A DNA stretch of 64,000 nucleotides from Eledone cirrhosa (GCA_964016885.1 OZ024740.1:305846001-305910000); one strand, 5' to 3'; shown: positions 12,901-27,316, counted from the first letter of the stretch. Program-made: numbers and translations. Notes: a model not told the origin generated them from the letters alone.

Positions 12901-15140
12901 CTCTCTCTGTCACCCACACACACACTCTCTATCTCACCCACACACACTCTCTCTCTCTCTCACCCACACACACACTCTCTCTCTCACCCACACACACACT
13001 CTCTCTCTCACCCACCCACACACTCGCTCTGTCACCCACACACACACTCTCTCTCACCCACCCACACACTCGCTCTGTCACCCACACACACACTCTCTCT
13101 CTCACCCACACACACTCTCTCTCTCACCCACACACACACTCTCTCTCACCCACACATTCGCTCTGTCACCCACACACACACACACTCTCTCTCTCACCCA
13201 CACACACACACTCTCTCTGTCACCCCCACTCCCCCACACTCTCTTTCTCACCCACACACACACTCTCTCTCACCACACACACACTCTCTCTCTCACCCAC
13301 CCACACACTCGCTCTGTCACCCACACACACACTCTCTCCTACCCACCCCACACACTCGCTCTGTCACCCCACACACACACTCTCTCTCTCACCCACACAC
13401 ACTCTCTCTCTCACCCACCCACACACTCGCTCTGTCACCCACACACACACTCTCTCTCACCCACCCACACACTCGCTCTGTCACCCACACACACACTCTC
13501 TCTCTCACCCACACACACTCTCTCTCTCACCCACACACACACACTCTCTCTCACCCACACATTCGCTCTGTCACCCACACACACACACTCTCTCTCTCAC
13601 CCACACACACACACTCTCTCTGTCACCCCCACTCCCCCACACTCTCTTTCTCACCCACACACACACTCGCTCTGTCACCCACACACACTCTCTCTGTCAC
13701 CCACACACACACTCTCTATCTCACCCACACACACTCTCTCTCTCTCTCACCCACACACACACTCTCTCTCTCACCCACACACACACTCTCTCTCTCACCC
13801 ACCCACACACTCGCTCTGTCACCCACACACACACTCTCTCTCACCCACCCACACACTCGCTCTGTCACCCACACACACACTCTCTCTCTCACCCACACAC
13901 ACTCTCTCTCTCACCCACACACACACACTCTCTCTCACCCACACATTCGCTCTGTCACCCACACACACACACTCTCTCTCTCACCCACACACACACACTC
14001 TCTCTGTCACCCCCACTCCCCCACACTCTCTTTCTCACCCACACACACACTCTCTCTCACCCACACACACACTCTCTCTCTCACCCACCCACACACTCGC
14101 TCTGTCACCCACACACACACTCTCTCTCACCCACCCACACACTCGCTCTGTCACCCACACACACACTCTCTCTCTCACCCACACACACTCTCTCTCTCAC
14201 CCACACACACACACTCTCTCTCACCCACACATTCGCTCTGTCACCCACACACACACACTCTCTCTCTCACCCACACACACACACTCTCTCTGTCACCCCC
14301 ACTCCCCCACACTCTCTTTCTCACCCACACACACACTCGCTCTGTCACCCACACACACTCTCTCTGTCACCCACACACACACTCTCTATCTCACCCACAC
14401 ACACTCTCTCTCTCTCTCACCCACACACACACTCTCTCTCTCACCCACACACACACTCTCTCTCTCACCCACCCACACACTCGCTCTGTCACCCACACAC
14501 ACACTCTCTCTCACCCACCCACACACTCGCTCTGTCACCCACACACACACTCTCTCTCTCACCCACACCCACTCTCTCTCTCACCCACACACACACACTC
14601 TCTCTCACCCACACATTCGCTCTGTCACCCACACACACACACTCTCTCTCTCACCCACACACACACACTCTCTCTGTCACCCCCACTTCCCCACACTCTC
14701 TTTCTCACCCACACACACACTCTCTCTCACCCACACACACACTCTCTCTCTCACCCACCCACACACTCGCTCTGTCACTCACACACACACTCTCTCTCAC
14801 CCACCCACACACTCGCTCTGTCACCCACACACACACTCTCTCTCTCACCCACACACACTCTCTCTCTCACCCACACACACACACTCTCTCTCACCCACAC
14901 ATTCGCTCTGTCACCCACACACACACACTCTCTCTCTCACCCACACACACACACTCTCTCTGTCACCCCCCACTCCCCCACACTCTCTTTCTCACCCACA
15001 CACACACTCGCTCTGTCACCCACACACACTCTCTCTGTCACCCACACACACACTCTCTATCTCACCCACACACACTCTCTCTCTCTCACCCACACACACA
15101 CTCTCTCTCTCACCCACACACACACACTCTCTCTCTCACA
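9700..15140. repeat. Compound (CT)n-CC-(CA)n minisatellite, ~20-bp unit, with higher-order repeats
   Basis: Unit CTCTCTCACCCACACACACA. Variant units (CTCGCTCTGTCACCC, CATTCGC, CCCCACTCCCCC) recur in fixed order after about 11.5 kb. Confidence 0.95.
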
Positions 15141-15414
15141 CCCTCTCCTTTCTCCTCCTCATTCCCCTCTTGTACAGCCCCCTCCCCACTATATATATAT
15201 ATATATCTTCTAGTTTACTTTTGTTCATAAGAGCAAAGATTAGAGATTCAGAATATGTGCGTGCGTATTTGTGTGTGTGTATTTGTGTGTGTTTGTGCGT
15301 ATTTATGTTTGTTTGTGTGTGTGTGCGTGTGTATTTATGTTTGAGTGTGTATTTGTGCATGTGTATGTTTGTGTGTGTGCGCGTACTTGTGTATGTGTGT
15401 GTGTAATTGTGTGT

Positions 15415-15921
15415 GAGTGTATTTGTGTGTGTGTGTGTATTTGTCTATATGTGTGTGTGTGTATTTGTCTATGTGTGTGTGTGTGTATTTGTCTATGTGT
15501 GTGTGTGTGTATTTGTCTATGTGTGTGTGTGTGTATTTGTCTATGTGTGTGTGTGTGTATTTGTCTATGTGTGTGTGTGTGTATTTGTCTGTGTGTGTGT
15601 GTATTTGTCTATGTGTGTGTGTGTGTATTTGTCTATGTGTGTGTGTGTGTATTTGTCTATGTGTGTGTGTGTGTATCTGTCTATGTGTGTGTGTGTGTAT
15701 TTGTCTATGTGTGTGTGTGTGTATTTGTCTATGTGTGTGTGTGTGTATTTGTCTATGTGTGTGTGTGTATTTGTCTATGTGTATGTGTGTGTATTTGTCT
15801 ATGTGTGTGTGTGTGTATTTGTCTATGTGTGTGTGTGTGTATCTGTCTATGTGTGTGTGTGTGTATTTGTCTATGTGTGTGTGTGTGTATTTGTCTATGT
15901 GTGTGTGTGTGTATTTGTCTA

Positions 15922-15925
<4 letters not shown>
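15415..15925. repeat. ~22-bp minisatellite GTGTATTTGTCTATGTGTGTGT
   Basis: About 23 tandem copies are visible. Confidence 0.95.
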
Positions 15926-15961
<36 letters not shown>

Positions 15962-16256
15962 TGTGTGTCTACGTGTGTGTCAATGTGTGTGTGTGTGTGT
16001 GTAGTATAATGGACTGCACTCCATTCTAATCTTACGTATCTTCTCTCTCTCTCGTCTGCTGACGATTACTCAACACAAAACAAAACTTTGAGAGAAGACA
16101 AAGAAAACATTAGTTAGTAATACAATGAAAAGTATATTCCAGCATAAAATGAACACTTAGACACCATTGCCAACCTCTAAATATCCAAACGGGGAGTACC
16201 ATGATAAAAAGAGCCCCAAAAGGGGGAGAAATGAGGCAAATGTGAAGATGTTACAC

Positions 16257-16405
16257 AATTGTTTCTACTTTTGGCACAAGGCCAGCAATTATCCAGTACA
16301 TTACTGGTACTTCATTTTATCGACCCCGTAAGGATGAAAGGCAAAGTTAACCTCGACGGGATTTGAACTCAGTCCGTAAAGAGACGTAGCTATGCTGGAA
16401 AGCAT
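16257..16405 (-). mobile_element. SINE family A, 5'-truncated
   Basis: Consensus match from the tail to just past the B-box. Confidence 0.85.
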
Positions 16406-16668
16406 TATGAAAGCTCTACCCATTTTCACAAGAGAAGATATCGCTCCACCATCCCAAAATGGGTGCGAAATCTCCCCGTCAGACAGGGAGAGTTAACAAG
16501 TCTGACTTAGATGACACAATCGAGAGATAAATCAAGGAGCAGGCCTGACTGATAAAAGAAACCTGAAGTTAATGGCTAAACCCATTTAATCCCATATATT
16601 CATAAATGTCATTCCTGTGATTCTCATCTCCAATAAAGAACCAATTACAAGTGACGCCAATAACCAAT

Positions 16669-16711
16669 ATATCCTGATGATCTCACTGAGAAGATATAGA
16701 AATATCGATGT
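16669..16711 (+). ncRNA. Candidate minimal hammerhead
   Basis: atatc-CTGATGA-tctcactgagaagatata-GAAA-ta-TC^-gatgt. Stem I has 5 bp; stem II is irregular. Confidence 0.5.
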
Positions 16712-16806
16712 GACTAGGACCCTATCAAAGACGAATAACAAAATATAAAAAAAAAAAAAATGTCATTAAAGAAAGATATGTTTAAACGTAAAAAATGTTT
16801 TACACA

Positions 16807-16893
<87 letters not shown>

Positions 16894-17461
16894 ACACACA
16901 CAGTGGTACGCGTACGCACACTCACATATATATTGTGAAATTATGTGTGGCAGTGTGGATTAGAGGTACTGTTGTTGTGAGTGTTGATGATGATGATGGT
17001 CTCAACAAGTACTTACTTGGACAGTCTTTAGTAGGAGAACAATTTATGATTCAAGGTCTATTTACTTAAGCTACCCTCTCAGTTTTAACTGTATCAAGCA
17101 CAAGAATCTAATGATAACTGGGATTATTTCAATGTTGTTAGGTAGTATTGACCACATTCGTGGTCAATATGCAAACACCAGTTTATCTTCCTCAATGTAA
17201 TTGATATAGCAATGAAAAGGTAGTTCTAGTCGCCCCCCCGCCTGTTAGATACACAACATTGACACGGCGACCACCACTACACACACAGTTATTATCGTCA
17301 TCATTATCGTCGTCGCCGTCGTCGTTATCATCATCATCATTATCATTATCATCATCTACGCCGTCATCATCGTCCGTCGTCATTTACGTCGTTGTCTTCT
17401 TCTTCTTCTTCTTCTTCTTCTTCTTCTTCTTCTTCTTTACCATCACCATCTCCATCACCAT

Positions 17462-17498
<37 letters not shown>

Positions 17499-18071
17499 GA
17501 CAACAAAAACATCAGCTGCTGCAACAGAAACATCACTGAGATACTATGAAGATTGTTTCTCTGTAAGTCTCTGATGTATAACATTCTACAGACGCTAGTT
17601 TAGATTTCCATTGACATTGTCAAAGGAATGAAAAGGATGTCTTGGAGGCCATTTTTGCCTTTTATGTTAGACACACACCCTGCAGAAACGTTCTACTCCA
17701 TACACTGTTTTCCTAGCTCTCTAGATTAACCAGTTATTTCAAACACTCTAAACCATTCTTCAGTTAACAGCAGCAACCATTATGTGTATATCTATGCATA
17801 TGTGTATATCTATGTACTTAATTAACAGTAGCACTAATATAGCGTGGTTCATAATAGGGGTGTATATGAAAGCTTATACAATATGTTTATGTATAATAAA
17901 CATACGAGAGTCTTGTTAAGAATGTTTTAAGTTGTGATTATATCACAAATATCTCAGTAGCCGTGAGGGTGCCAGACAGCTGTTTCTAGATTTGTATCCT
18001 TCAACGGTGATATTTACTTACTCAGTACTGAGACGAGAATAAGCTAAAGCCTATATGATTTTTGTATGTGA

Positions 18072-18280
18072 AGGGGCTTGGCTTTGTGGTTAGGGTGTTC
18101 GGTTCATAATCGTAAGGCCGTGAGTTTGATTCTTGGCGGCGAGTTGTGTCCTTGAGCAAGGCACTTTATTTCCTGGTGCTCTAGTCCACTCAGCTGACAA
18201 AAATGAGTTATGTCAATAATTGGAAGGACCAGCCTTGTCACATTCTGTGTCACGTTGAATCTCCCTAAGAACTACGTTAT
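18072..18280 (+). mobile_element. tRNA-derived SINE family B (diverged)
   Basis: TGGCTTTGTGGTTAG A-box, GAGTTTGATTC B-box and GTGTCCTTGAGCAAGGCACTT core. Related to 30995-31112 and 36425-36550. Confidence 0.7.
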
Positions 18281-18560
18281 GGGCAGACTCCAGGCAAGAT
18301 GGCTGGATAGCATCCAAGAGTTTGGCTAGTCTCGCTTGGTGATCCATCCGGAGACAATTCAGTAGGAGACAATTGCTTCTAATAAGACCCATTGGAAAGG
18401 ATGGTTGAGGATTCTGACCCGACGACGAGAAGAAGAAGAAGAAGAAGAAGAAGAAGAAGAAGAAGAAGAAGAAGAAGAAGAAGAAGAAGAAGAAGAAGAA
18501 GAAGAAGAAGAAGAAGAAGAAGAAGAAGAAGAAGAAGAAGAAGAAGAAGAAGAAGAAGAA
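18281..18560 (+). mobile_element. RTE-like LINE 3' end with (GAA)n tail
   Basis: Translates GRLQARWLDSIQE...IASNKTHWK, typical of the RTE ORF C-terminus (GRP..RW.D / A.DR..W), followed by about 44 GAA repeats. Confidence 0.6.
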
Positions 18561-18917
18561 GGTCATATCAAAGGACGATTCCATAAATGAGAAATTACGA
18601 TAATCACGCTTAACTACATTCAATATAGTTATAATTCTATCATAGAATATATTCTCACAATTATTTGTTTCTATATCTATGAGATTGTAGATTTATAATT
18701 AATCAACTTCAAATGTTAGACAGCAAAGTTACATATATTAATACGATTATTTGATTTATTTAATTTTATTTATCAGCCTTGGTTAAGGAAGACTTATGGC
18801 AATTCAGCCATGTGCAGTCCATCCTAAGACAACATTGGTGAATTTATCCTTCCTTTTTATCAACCCCAGCACTTCATTTTGCAGACCCCTGCCTGATCTC
18901 TCATATATATATATATA

Positions 18918-19004
<87 letters not shown>

Positions 19005-19444
19005 TACAATAACAGAGATAGTTTAAAGCTAAACTCTGACTGGTAACCATCTCACTCAACAAACATTAGGTTATATTAAAATATAAACCCAATTTAAGTG
19101 TTTGGGGTGCTAATAATATGTATAATGTGGAAAAACCAGTTGTATTATTTTATGAGATATAATTAAAGTTAAAGTATATCTCTCTTTCCAAACAATTGTT
19201 TCATTATAAGTTTTCTACAAGTTTGGGAGAATGTTTCCAGTTTATGTAGAAGCCTAATATATATATATTTATATATATATTTATAAAAGAAGTAGAAGCC
19301 TAATATATATATATTTATATATAAATTTATAAAAGAGATGTCAACATTTAGATATATCTTATATATAAGATTTTATATATAAATATATATATAATTATAT
19401 AGAATATATTAATAAATGGAAACTATATTTATAAAACCATAAAT

Positions 19445-19507
19445 AATTTATTATATATATTTCAAGGGCAACCAAGGTATTCTTGGTGCGCTTTCATCAG
19501 ATAAAAT
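19445..19507 (-). ncRNA. Hammerhead motif HH-B1 (left arm)
   Basis: Reverse complement of 19580-19642 with 2-3 substitutions; core intact. Confidence 0.8.
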
Positions 19508-19579
19508 ACAAGATTTGTTTTATAAATATTGACATAACCGTGGAAAAACAACCTTGACGGTTGAAAGTTCGCTGGATAG

Positions 19580-19642
19580 ATTTTATCTGATGAAAGCGCA
19601 TCAAGAATGCCTTGGTTGCCCTTGAAATATATATAATAAAAT
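19580..19642 (+). ncRNA. Hammerhead motif HH-B1 (right arm)
   Basis: attttat-CTGATGA-aagcgcatcaag(aatgc)cttggttgccctt-GAAA-tatata-TA^-ataaaat. Confidence 0.85.
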
Positions 19643-19899
19643 AATTATGGTTTTATAAATATAGTTTTTTATTTATTAATATATTGAATATTTACTCCAG
19701 TTAATTGTTGAGTGCTTTATATCAGTTATATACTTTTAAGCTTGTTGGAATCCCAACAAATTAAATATAACTTCTGCATATATAATTATATTTATATATG
19801 TATATATATATTTATATATATATATATATATATAAGAGATGTCAACATTTAGATATATTAAGATTAGATACATTAAAATTTTATATATAACTATATATA

Positions 19900-19959
<60 letters not shown>

Positions 19960-20531
19960 ATATATTTTTTATATATCTATTTTTATTTTTATTTACATTT
20001 ATTCATGCAATAACGTTTATTCATCTATTTGTCCCCCTATTCTTCTCTCTATCCTACGGTATTTTTACTTATGTTTGTCTCTCATTTATCTGCCACCATC
20101 TTCTATATATCTTCCTCTATAATAATTTCTCCTTTTCTTCTTCTTTCTCTTTTTCTTTTTCCTTCTTTTTCATTCTCCTTCCTTTCCTTTCTTAACTGTA
20201 TCTATCTTCCTTTCTTCCTCCTTTTCTTTCTATATCTTTATTATTAATATTATTATTGATGATGTTATTTGAATTTATAAATTTGTCGGTTACATATATA
20301 TATTTTTTAAAAACAGTTTCTGAAGATCTAATGGAGTTAACATCGTATTTAAAATTGAATGGCACTGCTTTAAGTGTTCAGCAATTTTTAGACATCTCTA
20401 TCAGTGAAACAATTGTTAGACTGCAAATAAATCCCCTTTTTTTGTACTGTTGACCATGTTATGCTCCACTTTTTCAATTTTATATATATATTTATTTATA
20501 TTTAGAAAATGAACAACGCAAAATATAACTA

Positions 20532-20599
20532 CTCCATTACCAAAGGTTTCTGGATCCCAGACAATATTAATATACGTCTGGATCGGTCATCAGACAGAG
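20532..20599 (-). ncRNA. Hammerhead motif HH-R (single copy)
   Basis: Minus strand: ctctgt-CTGATGA-ccgatccagac...gtctgggatcca-GAAA-cc ttt gg-TA^-atggag. All three stems are present; the base of stem II is mismatched. Confidence 0.75.
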
Positions 20600-20672
20600 A
20601 TGTTTCTAATTAAATAGCTCTGTTCTATACATAGAGCACTCTTTTTTCCTTTGCTGTTTCTTCGGAATTAGC

Positions 20673-20776
<104 letters not shown>

Positions 20777-20788
20777 GATATATGTATA

Positions 20789-20854
<66 letters not shown>

Positions 20855-21218
20855 TATACGTATATACATATATAAACATATATGTATTATATATATAACT
20901 ATATATATACATACAATAGATATATATGAATATATGTACAATCACACACACATATATATAATGTTCGTTTTATATATAACATTTTACAAATAGCATTCAA
21001 GATACAGCATTGTATAACATTGAAAATAAAGTATTATATATATATTTTAGATGTAGCATTCTAAACATAACATTCAATATATAACATCATATATATTCAA
21101 TTTTCTGTATAAAACATTTTATACATAAGCGTTTAAATATAACAATTCTATATAAAATTCTATATATAACATTTTATAGATAAGATTTTAGACATATCAA
21201 ACTTTAGGTTTATATATA

Positions 21219-21317
<99 letters not shown>

Positions 21318-21759
21318 ATACATATATATATATATACATATACATACACACACACATATATACATATATATGTGTATATATATGTATACACATGTACATT
21401 TTTGACATTATATTTTAGATATAGTATATGAAATTTTAGGTATTTAACTTTAGATACATACAATTAGTATATATATTCAGATACACAATATTTAGACATA
21501 TTCCTCCAATTTTTACTTATAACGTTTTAAATAGAGTCATCAAACTTTAAATAAATTCATACACCTTTTAGATATGTACTGTGAGACGTATTCATATCAA
21601 ACTGAGGTATTATGTTTTTGATATTAAATCATTAAAAACGTTTACACTTTTCATATGTATCTTAGATTCATTCACACACATTTTGGATACAAAACCTTAA
21701 TGACATTCATATTAGACATGAAGTAACCTAGACTAAAAATGAGACAAAGCTACAACCTT

Positions 21760-21849
<90 letters not shown>

Positions 21850-21994
21850 ATATATATTAGAAAGTGAGGTTTTTTTTACAAAATGAAAAATAACCGAGGT
21901 GTCCTACACGAGTGGAAGTATAAAGAAAAAGAGATGAAATCGAAAATGCAACTGAAGTCTTATTTTTTTAAAAAATATATATATTTATTTGGTT

Positions 21995-22032
21995 CCTTTA
22001 CCGGTTTCGCAGTTCTTCTGCTTTTCAAAAGG
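21995..22032 (-). ncRNA. Minimal hammerhead, U3-A8 core variant (left arm)
   Basis: Exact reverse complement of 22089-22126. Confidence 0.75.
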
Positions 22033-22088
22033 TGAGTTGAGATGGAGGGTCTGTGGGAGAAAAACCACAGACCCTCCATCTCAACTCA

Positions 22089-22126
22089 CCTTTTGAAAAG
22101 CAGAAGAACTGCGAAACCGGTAAAGG
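22089..22126 (+). ncRNA. Minimal hammerhead, U3-A8 core variant (right arm)
   Basis: cctt-TTGAAAA-gcag aagaa ctgc-GAA-ACCGGT-A^-aagg. Confidence 0.75.
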
Positions 22127-22196
22127 AACCAAATGAATATATATATTTTCAAAAAAAAATAAGACTTCAGTTGCATTTTCGATTTCATTTCTTTTT

Positions 22197-22354
<158 letters not shown>

Positions 22355-22483
22355 GGCCTGCCCTCCCAGCCAGTGGGATGGCGTTATCTTATGGGTAAAA
22401 CAGCACAATGTGCTGTGACCAGCGGCGCCGAATGGACGCCCGACAGACTGGTCGGTTAAAGTGATCAAGGTGATATATATATG

Positions 22484-22516
<33 letters not shown>

Positions 22517-22637
22517 GTGCGCGCGCGTGTGTGTGTGCGTGTGTGTGTGTAAGCATTAAACTAGTTAGACCATTATTCAATAAAGTACTAGATACTTGGG
22601 ATAACAGAATATGACTATATTAGTCGGATTTCGACAC

Positions 22638-22713
<76 letters not shown>

Positions 22714-22850
22714 GAAAGGTATAGAAAACATTGTAGCGAAAAGCCAACAGTATTCCATAATATATAATATATAATGTGTGTGTATATATATATATATACA
22801 CACGGTGCCCCAGCATGGCCTCAGCCGGATGGCTGAAACAGGTAAAAGAG

Positions 22851-22890
<40 letters not shown>

Positions 22891-23242
22891 TATATGTATG
22901 TATATATAATTACACACATATATAAATTCATGAAAATTTTGCATGTAAATATTTTTGACGCATTCGTACAAATTTAATATATATTTAAAATACATGCATT
23001 CAGGACTCAGGCACAACACTTTAAATGTTTAATTATATTAACTACAGGTATAAACAGGTATAAAGTATATGTATTTTGGGGGGATATAGCAAGTTACTAT
23101 ATATATTTTTTTTCTGGGTTAGAAAATGATTAAAACGAAATATTTTACTTTGTGTGAAGTGTTAAGGTATTAGTTGATTTATTTATTAATTAACAATGGC
23201 ATTTATTTATTTATTTATTTATTTATATATTTAATAATTGTC

Positions 23243-23332
<90 letters not shown>

Positions 23333-23675
23333 TATATACGCACACTCATACACACACACTAACGCAAACATACAACCCACTCATGTGCACACATACACAT
23401 GTACACACGCACACACACATGCGGCGCGCACACACACATGCGGCGCGCACACACACATACATATACATACATACATACATACATACATACATACATACAT
23501 ACGTACATACGTACATACGTACATACATACATACGTACATACATACATACTTATTATGTTTGGTTGCTGCTGTGTGGTCTATGAAAGGAATCGTGAAATT
23601 CCGAAATTGCTTCAATCGATCCAAGACAAACCACACCCAAAGGAATATATCTCCCTATCAACTACTTTCTTCTTG

Positions 23676-23723
<48 letters not shown>

Positions 23724-23732
23724 AACAACAGC

Positions 23733-24311
23733 AATAATTGTTTCTACTTTAGGCACGAGGCCAACAATTTTAGGGGAGGGGAAAGTCGATTAAATCGACC
23801 TCAGTGTTTACTGGTATTTTATTTATCGACCCCCATAAGGATGAAAGGCAAAGCTAATCTGAGCGGGATTTGAACTCTGAACGTAAAGGGCCGTAACTCT
23901 ATGTTGCAAAGCATGATGTCCGACGCTCTACCGATTCTGCCAATCCACCGCCTTAATAATTGTTTCTACTTTTGGCACAAGGCCAGCAATTATCCCAGTG
24001 AATTACTGGTACTTTATTTTATCGACCCCGTAAGGATGAAAGGCACAGTTAACCTCGACGGGATTTGAGCTCAGAATGGCAAGGGCCGTAACTCTATGTG
24101 TCAAAGTATGGCGTCCGACCCTCTACCGATACTGCCAATCCACCGCCTTAATAATAGTAATGATAATAATGGATTCTGATTTAGGCACATGGCCAGCAAT
24201 TTTGGGGGAGGGGAAAGTCGATTAAATCGACCTCAGTATATTACTGGTACTTTATTTTATCGACCCCGTAAGGATGAAATGTAAATCTAACCTCGATGGG
24301 ATTTGAACTCA
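23733..24311 (-). mobile_element. Three tandem SINE family A copies (23733-23952, 23954-24147, 24163-24311)
   Basis: Long, short and long (truncated) subfamily copies lie head-to-tail, next to an (AAC)n tract. Confidence 0.9.
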
Positions 24312-24538
24312 ATAATAACATACAATGCCGATGAATGCAAACGTCAGTAAATTTTCTAAATGTGAAATACAAATTGAAATTCTTAATAAAGTTCATATAT
24401 AGCTATAGAAGTAGGAAATAAATTAAACTAAGAATGAACATCTTGCCAGAAACACCACCAGCATATTTCTCATTGATAATTTTGCTTGATTTATTGACTA
24501 GAAATGGAAGTCCAAGTATTTTTTTATATATATTTAAT

Positions 24539-24941
24539 TACTCTCGGATCACGAATACCCCCCCCCCCCTCCACACACACACACACCGCGCTTATTAATT
24601 TTTCAAACCCCATCCCCTGGGCTCTTATTCCACCATACCCTGCTTATTAAATGTTGCTAATCTATCTCTGGCGAAATTTTATTTTAAGTGGTAGCATTCC
24701 TGCAATAATTAATTTTATTTATCATTAAAAAATATTACACATGATAAAAACATTACAAGAAATCTCATATGTTATAAGATAAATAGGATAGGTTGGTCTT
24801 TCAATATGTAAACTAAACGACTAATTCTGGTTTAAAAAAAAACACAAAAAAAACAACGGAGACAACCTAAAAAAAGACACCTGCTTCCTATTCTAACTAT
24901 CCAGCTTGCCCCCCCCCCCTATTATTAGAGACCCACGAGTA
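24539..24941. mobile_element. Possible old Tc1/mariner/pogo-type MITE
   Basis: TA-bounded imperfect terminal inverted repeats TACTCTCGGATCACGAATA and TACTCGTGGGTCTCTAATA (14/19 match). Confidence 0.4.
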
Positions 24942-25252
24942 TCTATATTTCTACTTTATGTTATACTAAATACCACTTTTGGATAAACTTTTCGAATTTA
25001 GGTAGAAAGTGTGCCAAATTATCTTTACTTATTCTAAAATACACCTTAATTAAAGAGAAATTTGGGAACCTTAGTTGCACACTGTGGCCCAGTCGGTTAA
25101 AAAGAGCAGCAAAATCTCTTACAAATTACACCATGCTTTGTTTAAAAAGGAGGCACAGATTACATAATGTGGAACTGGGGGAAATACGCCTGAGAAAAAA
25201 AGATGACTACAAGTCGAAGCTTTTTTATCATTGGCTTGCTCCATTAGCGCAC

Positions 25253-25951
25253 ATAGACACACATGTATACATGTAGTGACAACACAGACATATGTATACA
25301 TGTAGTGACAACACAGACACATATACTGTATACTTGTAATAACAACACAGACACATATATACATGTAGTGACAACACAGACATATGTATACATGTAGTGA
25401 CAACACAGACACATAAATACATGTAATGACAACTACATGTATATATGTGTCTGTGTTGTTACTACATGTATGTATGTGTCTGTGTTGTTACTACATGTAT
25501 GTATGTGTCTGTGTTGTTACTACATGTATGTATGTGTCTGTGTTGTTACTACATGTATGTATGTGTCTGTGTTGTCACTACATGTATGTATGTGTCTGTG
25601 TTGTCACTACATGTATATATGTGTCTGTTTTGTTACTACATGTATGTATGTGTCTGTGTTGTTACTACATGTATGTATGTGTCTGTGTTGTCACTACATG
25701 TATGTATGTGTCTGTGTTGTCACTACATGTATGTATGTGTCTGTGTTGTCACTACATGTATATATGTGTCTGTTTTGTTACTACATGTATGTATGTGTCT
25801 GTGTTGTTACTACATGTATGTATGTGTCTGTGTTGTCACTACATGTATGTATGTGTCGGTGTTGTTACTACATGTATGTGTCTGTGTTGTCACTACATGT
25901 ATATATACATGTAGTGACAAAACAGACACATATATACATGTAGTGACAACA
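25253..25951. repeat. 30-bp minisatellite with two polarity switches
   Basis: Unit ACATGTAGTGACAACACAGACACATATAT runs to about 25432, its reverse complement to about 25903, then forward again. Confidence 0.95.
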
Positions 25952-26222
25952 TTAGGGAGTCAAATAGTAAGTTAGAACATACCTCCACACTCAGACACTC
26001 AGACACTCAGACACACGTGCACACACGCACATAACTGTTGTTCATAGCTGACCATATCTATCAGTCAATCAATCAATCTACCTATGCGATCAATTAATCG
26101 ATATATCTGTCTATCTATCTATGTATATACATACATATGTATGTATGTTTGTATGTATGCATGTATGTATGTATGTATGTATGTATGTATGTATGTATGT
26201 ATGTATGTATGTATGTATATAC

Positions 26223-26268
<46 letters not shown>

Positions 26269-26348
26269 AGAGAGAGAGAGAGAGAAAGAATATATATATA
26301 TTATGTGTGTATATATATATATATATATATACATATATACATACATAC

Positions 26349-26383
<35 letters not shown>

Positions 26384-26406
26384 CAGATATATGGATATAT
26401 AGATAG

Positions 26407-26467
<61 letters not shown>

Positions 26468-26483
26468 TATATATATATATATA

Positions 26484-26635
<152 letters not shown>

Positions 26636-26674
26636 TATATAGATATATAGATACATATATACATATATATATAT

Positions 26675-26725
<51 letters not shown>

Positions 26726-26744
26726 CATACATATACATACATAC

Positions 26745-26827
<83 letters not shown>

Positions 26828-26846
26828 CATACATATACATACATAC

Positions 26847-26889
<43 letters not shown>

Positions 26890-27266
26890 TCTATATATAT
26901 ATATAGATGTGAATAGATAATTAGATAGCTGATAAAGACGGGATTATAACACACATATACATACACTACATACACACTCATCCAAACACAGACAAACGAA
27001 GGACCCCCCTCCACCACCACCACCACCACCACCACCACACACACCACCACCACCACCACCACCACCACCACCACCACCACACACTCGCAGATTATCAACA
27101 AACATGATCTTTACAAAAAGTGTCACTTCATTTAGAATCTTTTTCCTATACTTTATTACATATTTGTATATAAAGTCTTACCTTCCCGCCTCACTTCTTC
27201 CATATATAAACACATAGGCTCTGACACTCCTCCACATATTAACACGTGCATGCATATATATATATA

Positions 27267-27316
<50 letters not shown>

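Larger units (their letters stand above)
19408..19684. mobile_element. Fold-back Penelope-like end (HH-B1) with a divergent hammerhead pair
   Basis: About 100-bp inverted arms (19408-19507 and 19580-19684) around a ~72-bp spacer. Confidence 0.8.

Noticed and set aside
9961-15213. 1750-aa His/Thr/Leu/Ser/Pro ORF
   Set aside because: It translates a CT/CA satellite whose plus strand almost never contains stop codons. There is no domain content.
25253-25951. CRISPR-like array of 30-bp repeats
   Set aside because: There are no unique spacers, the units are contiguous and the context is eukaryotic.
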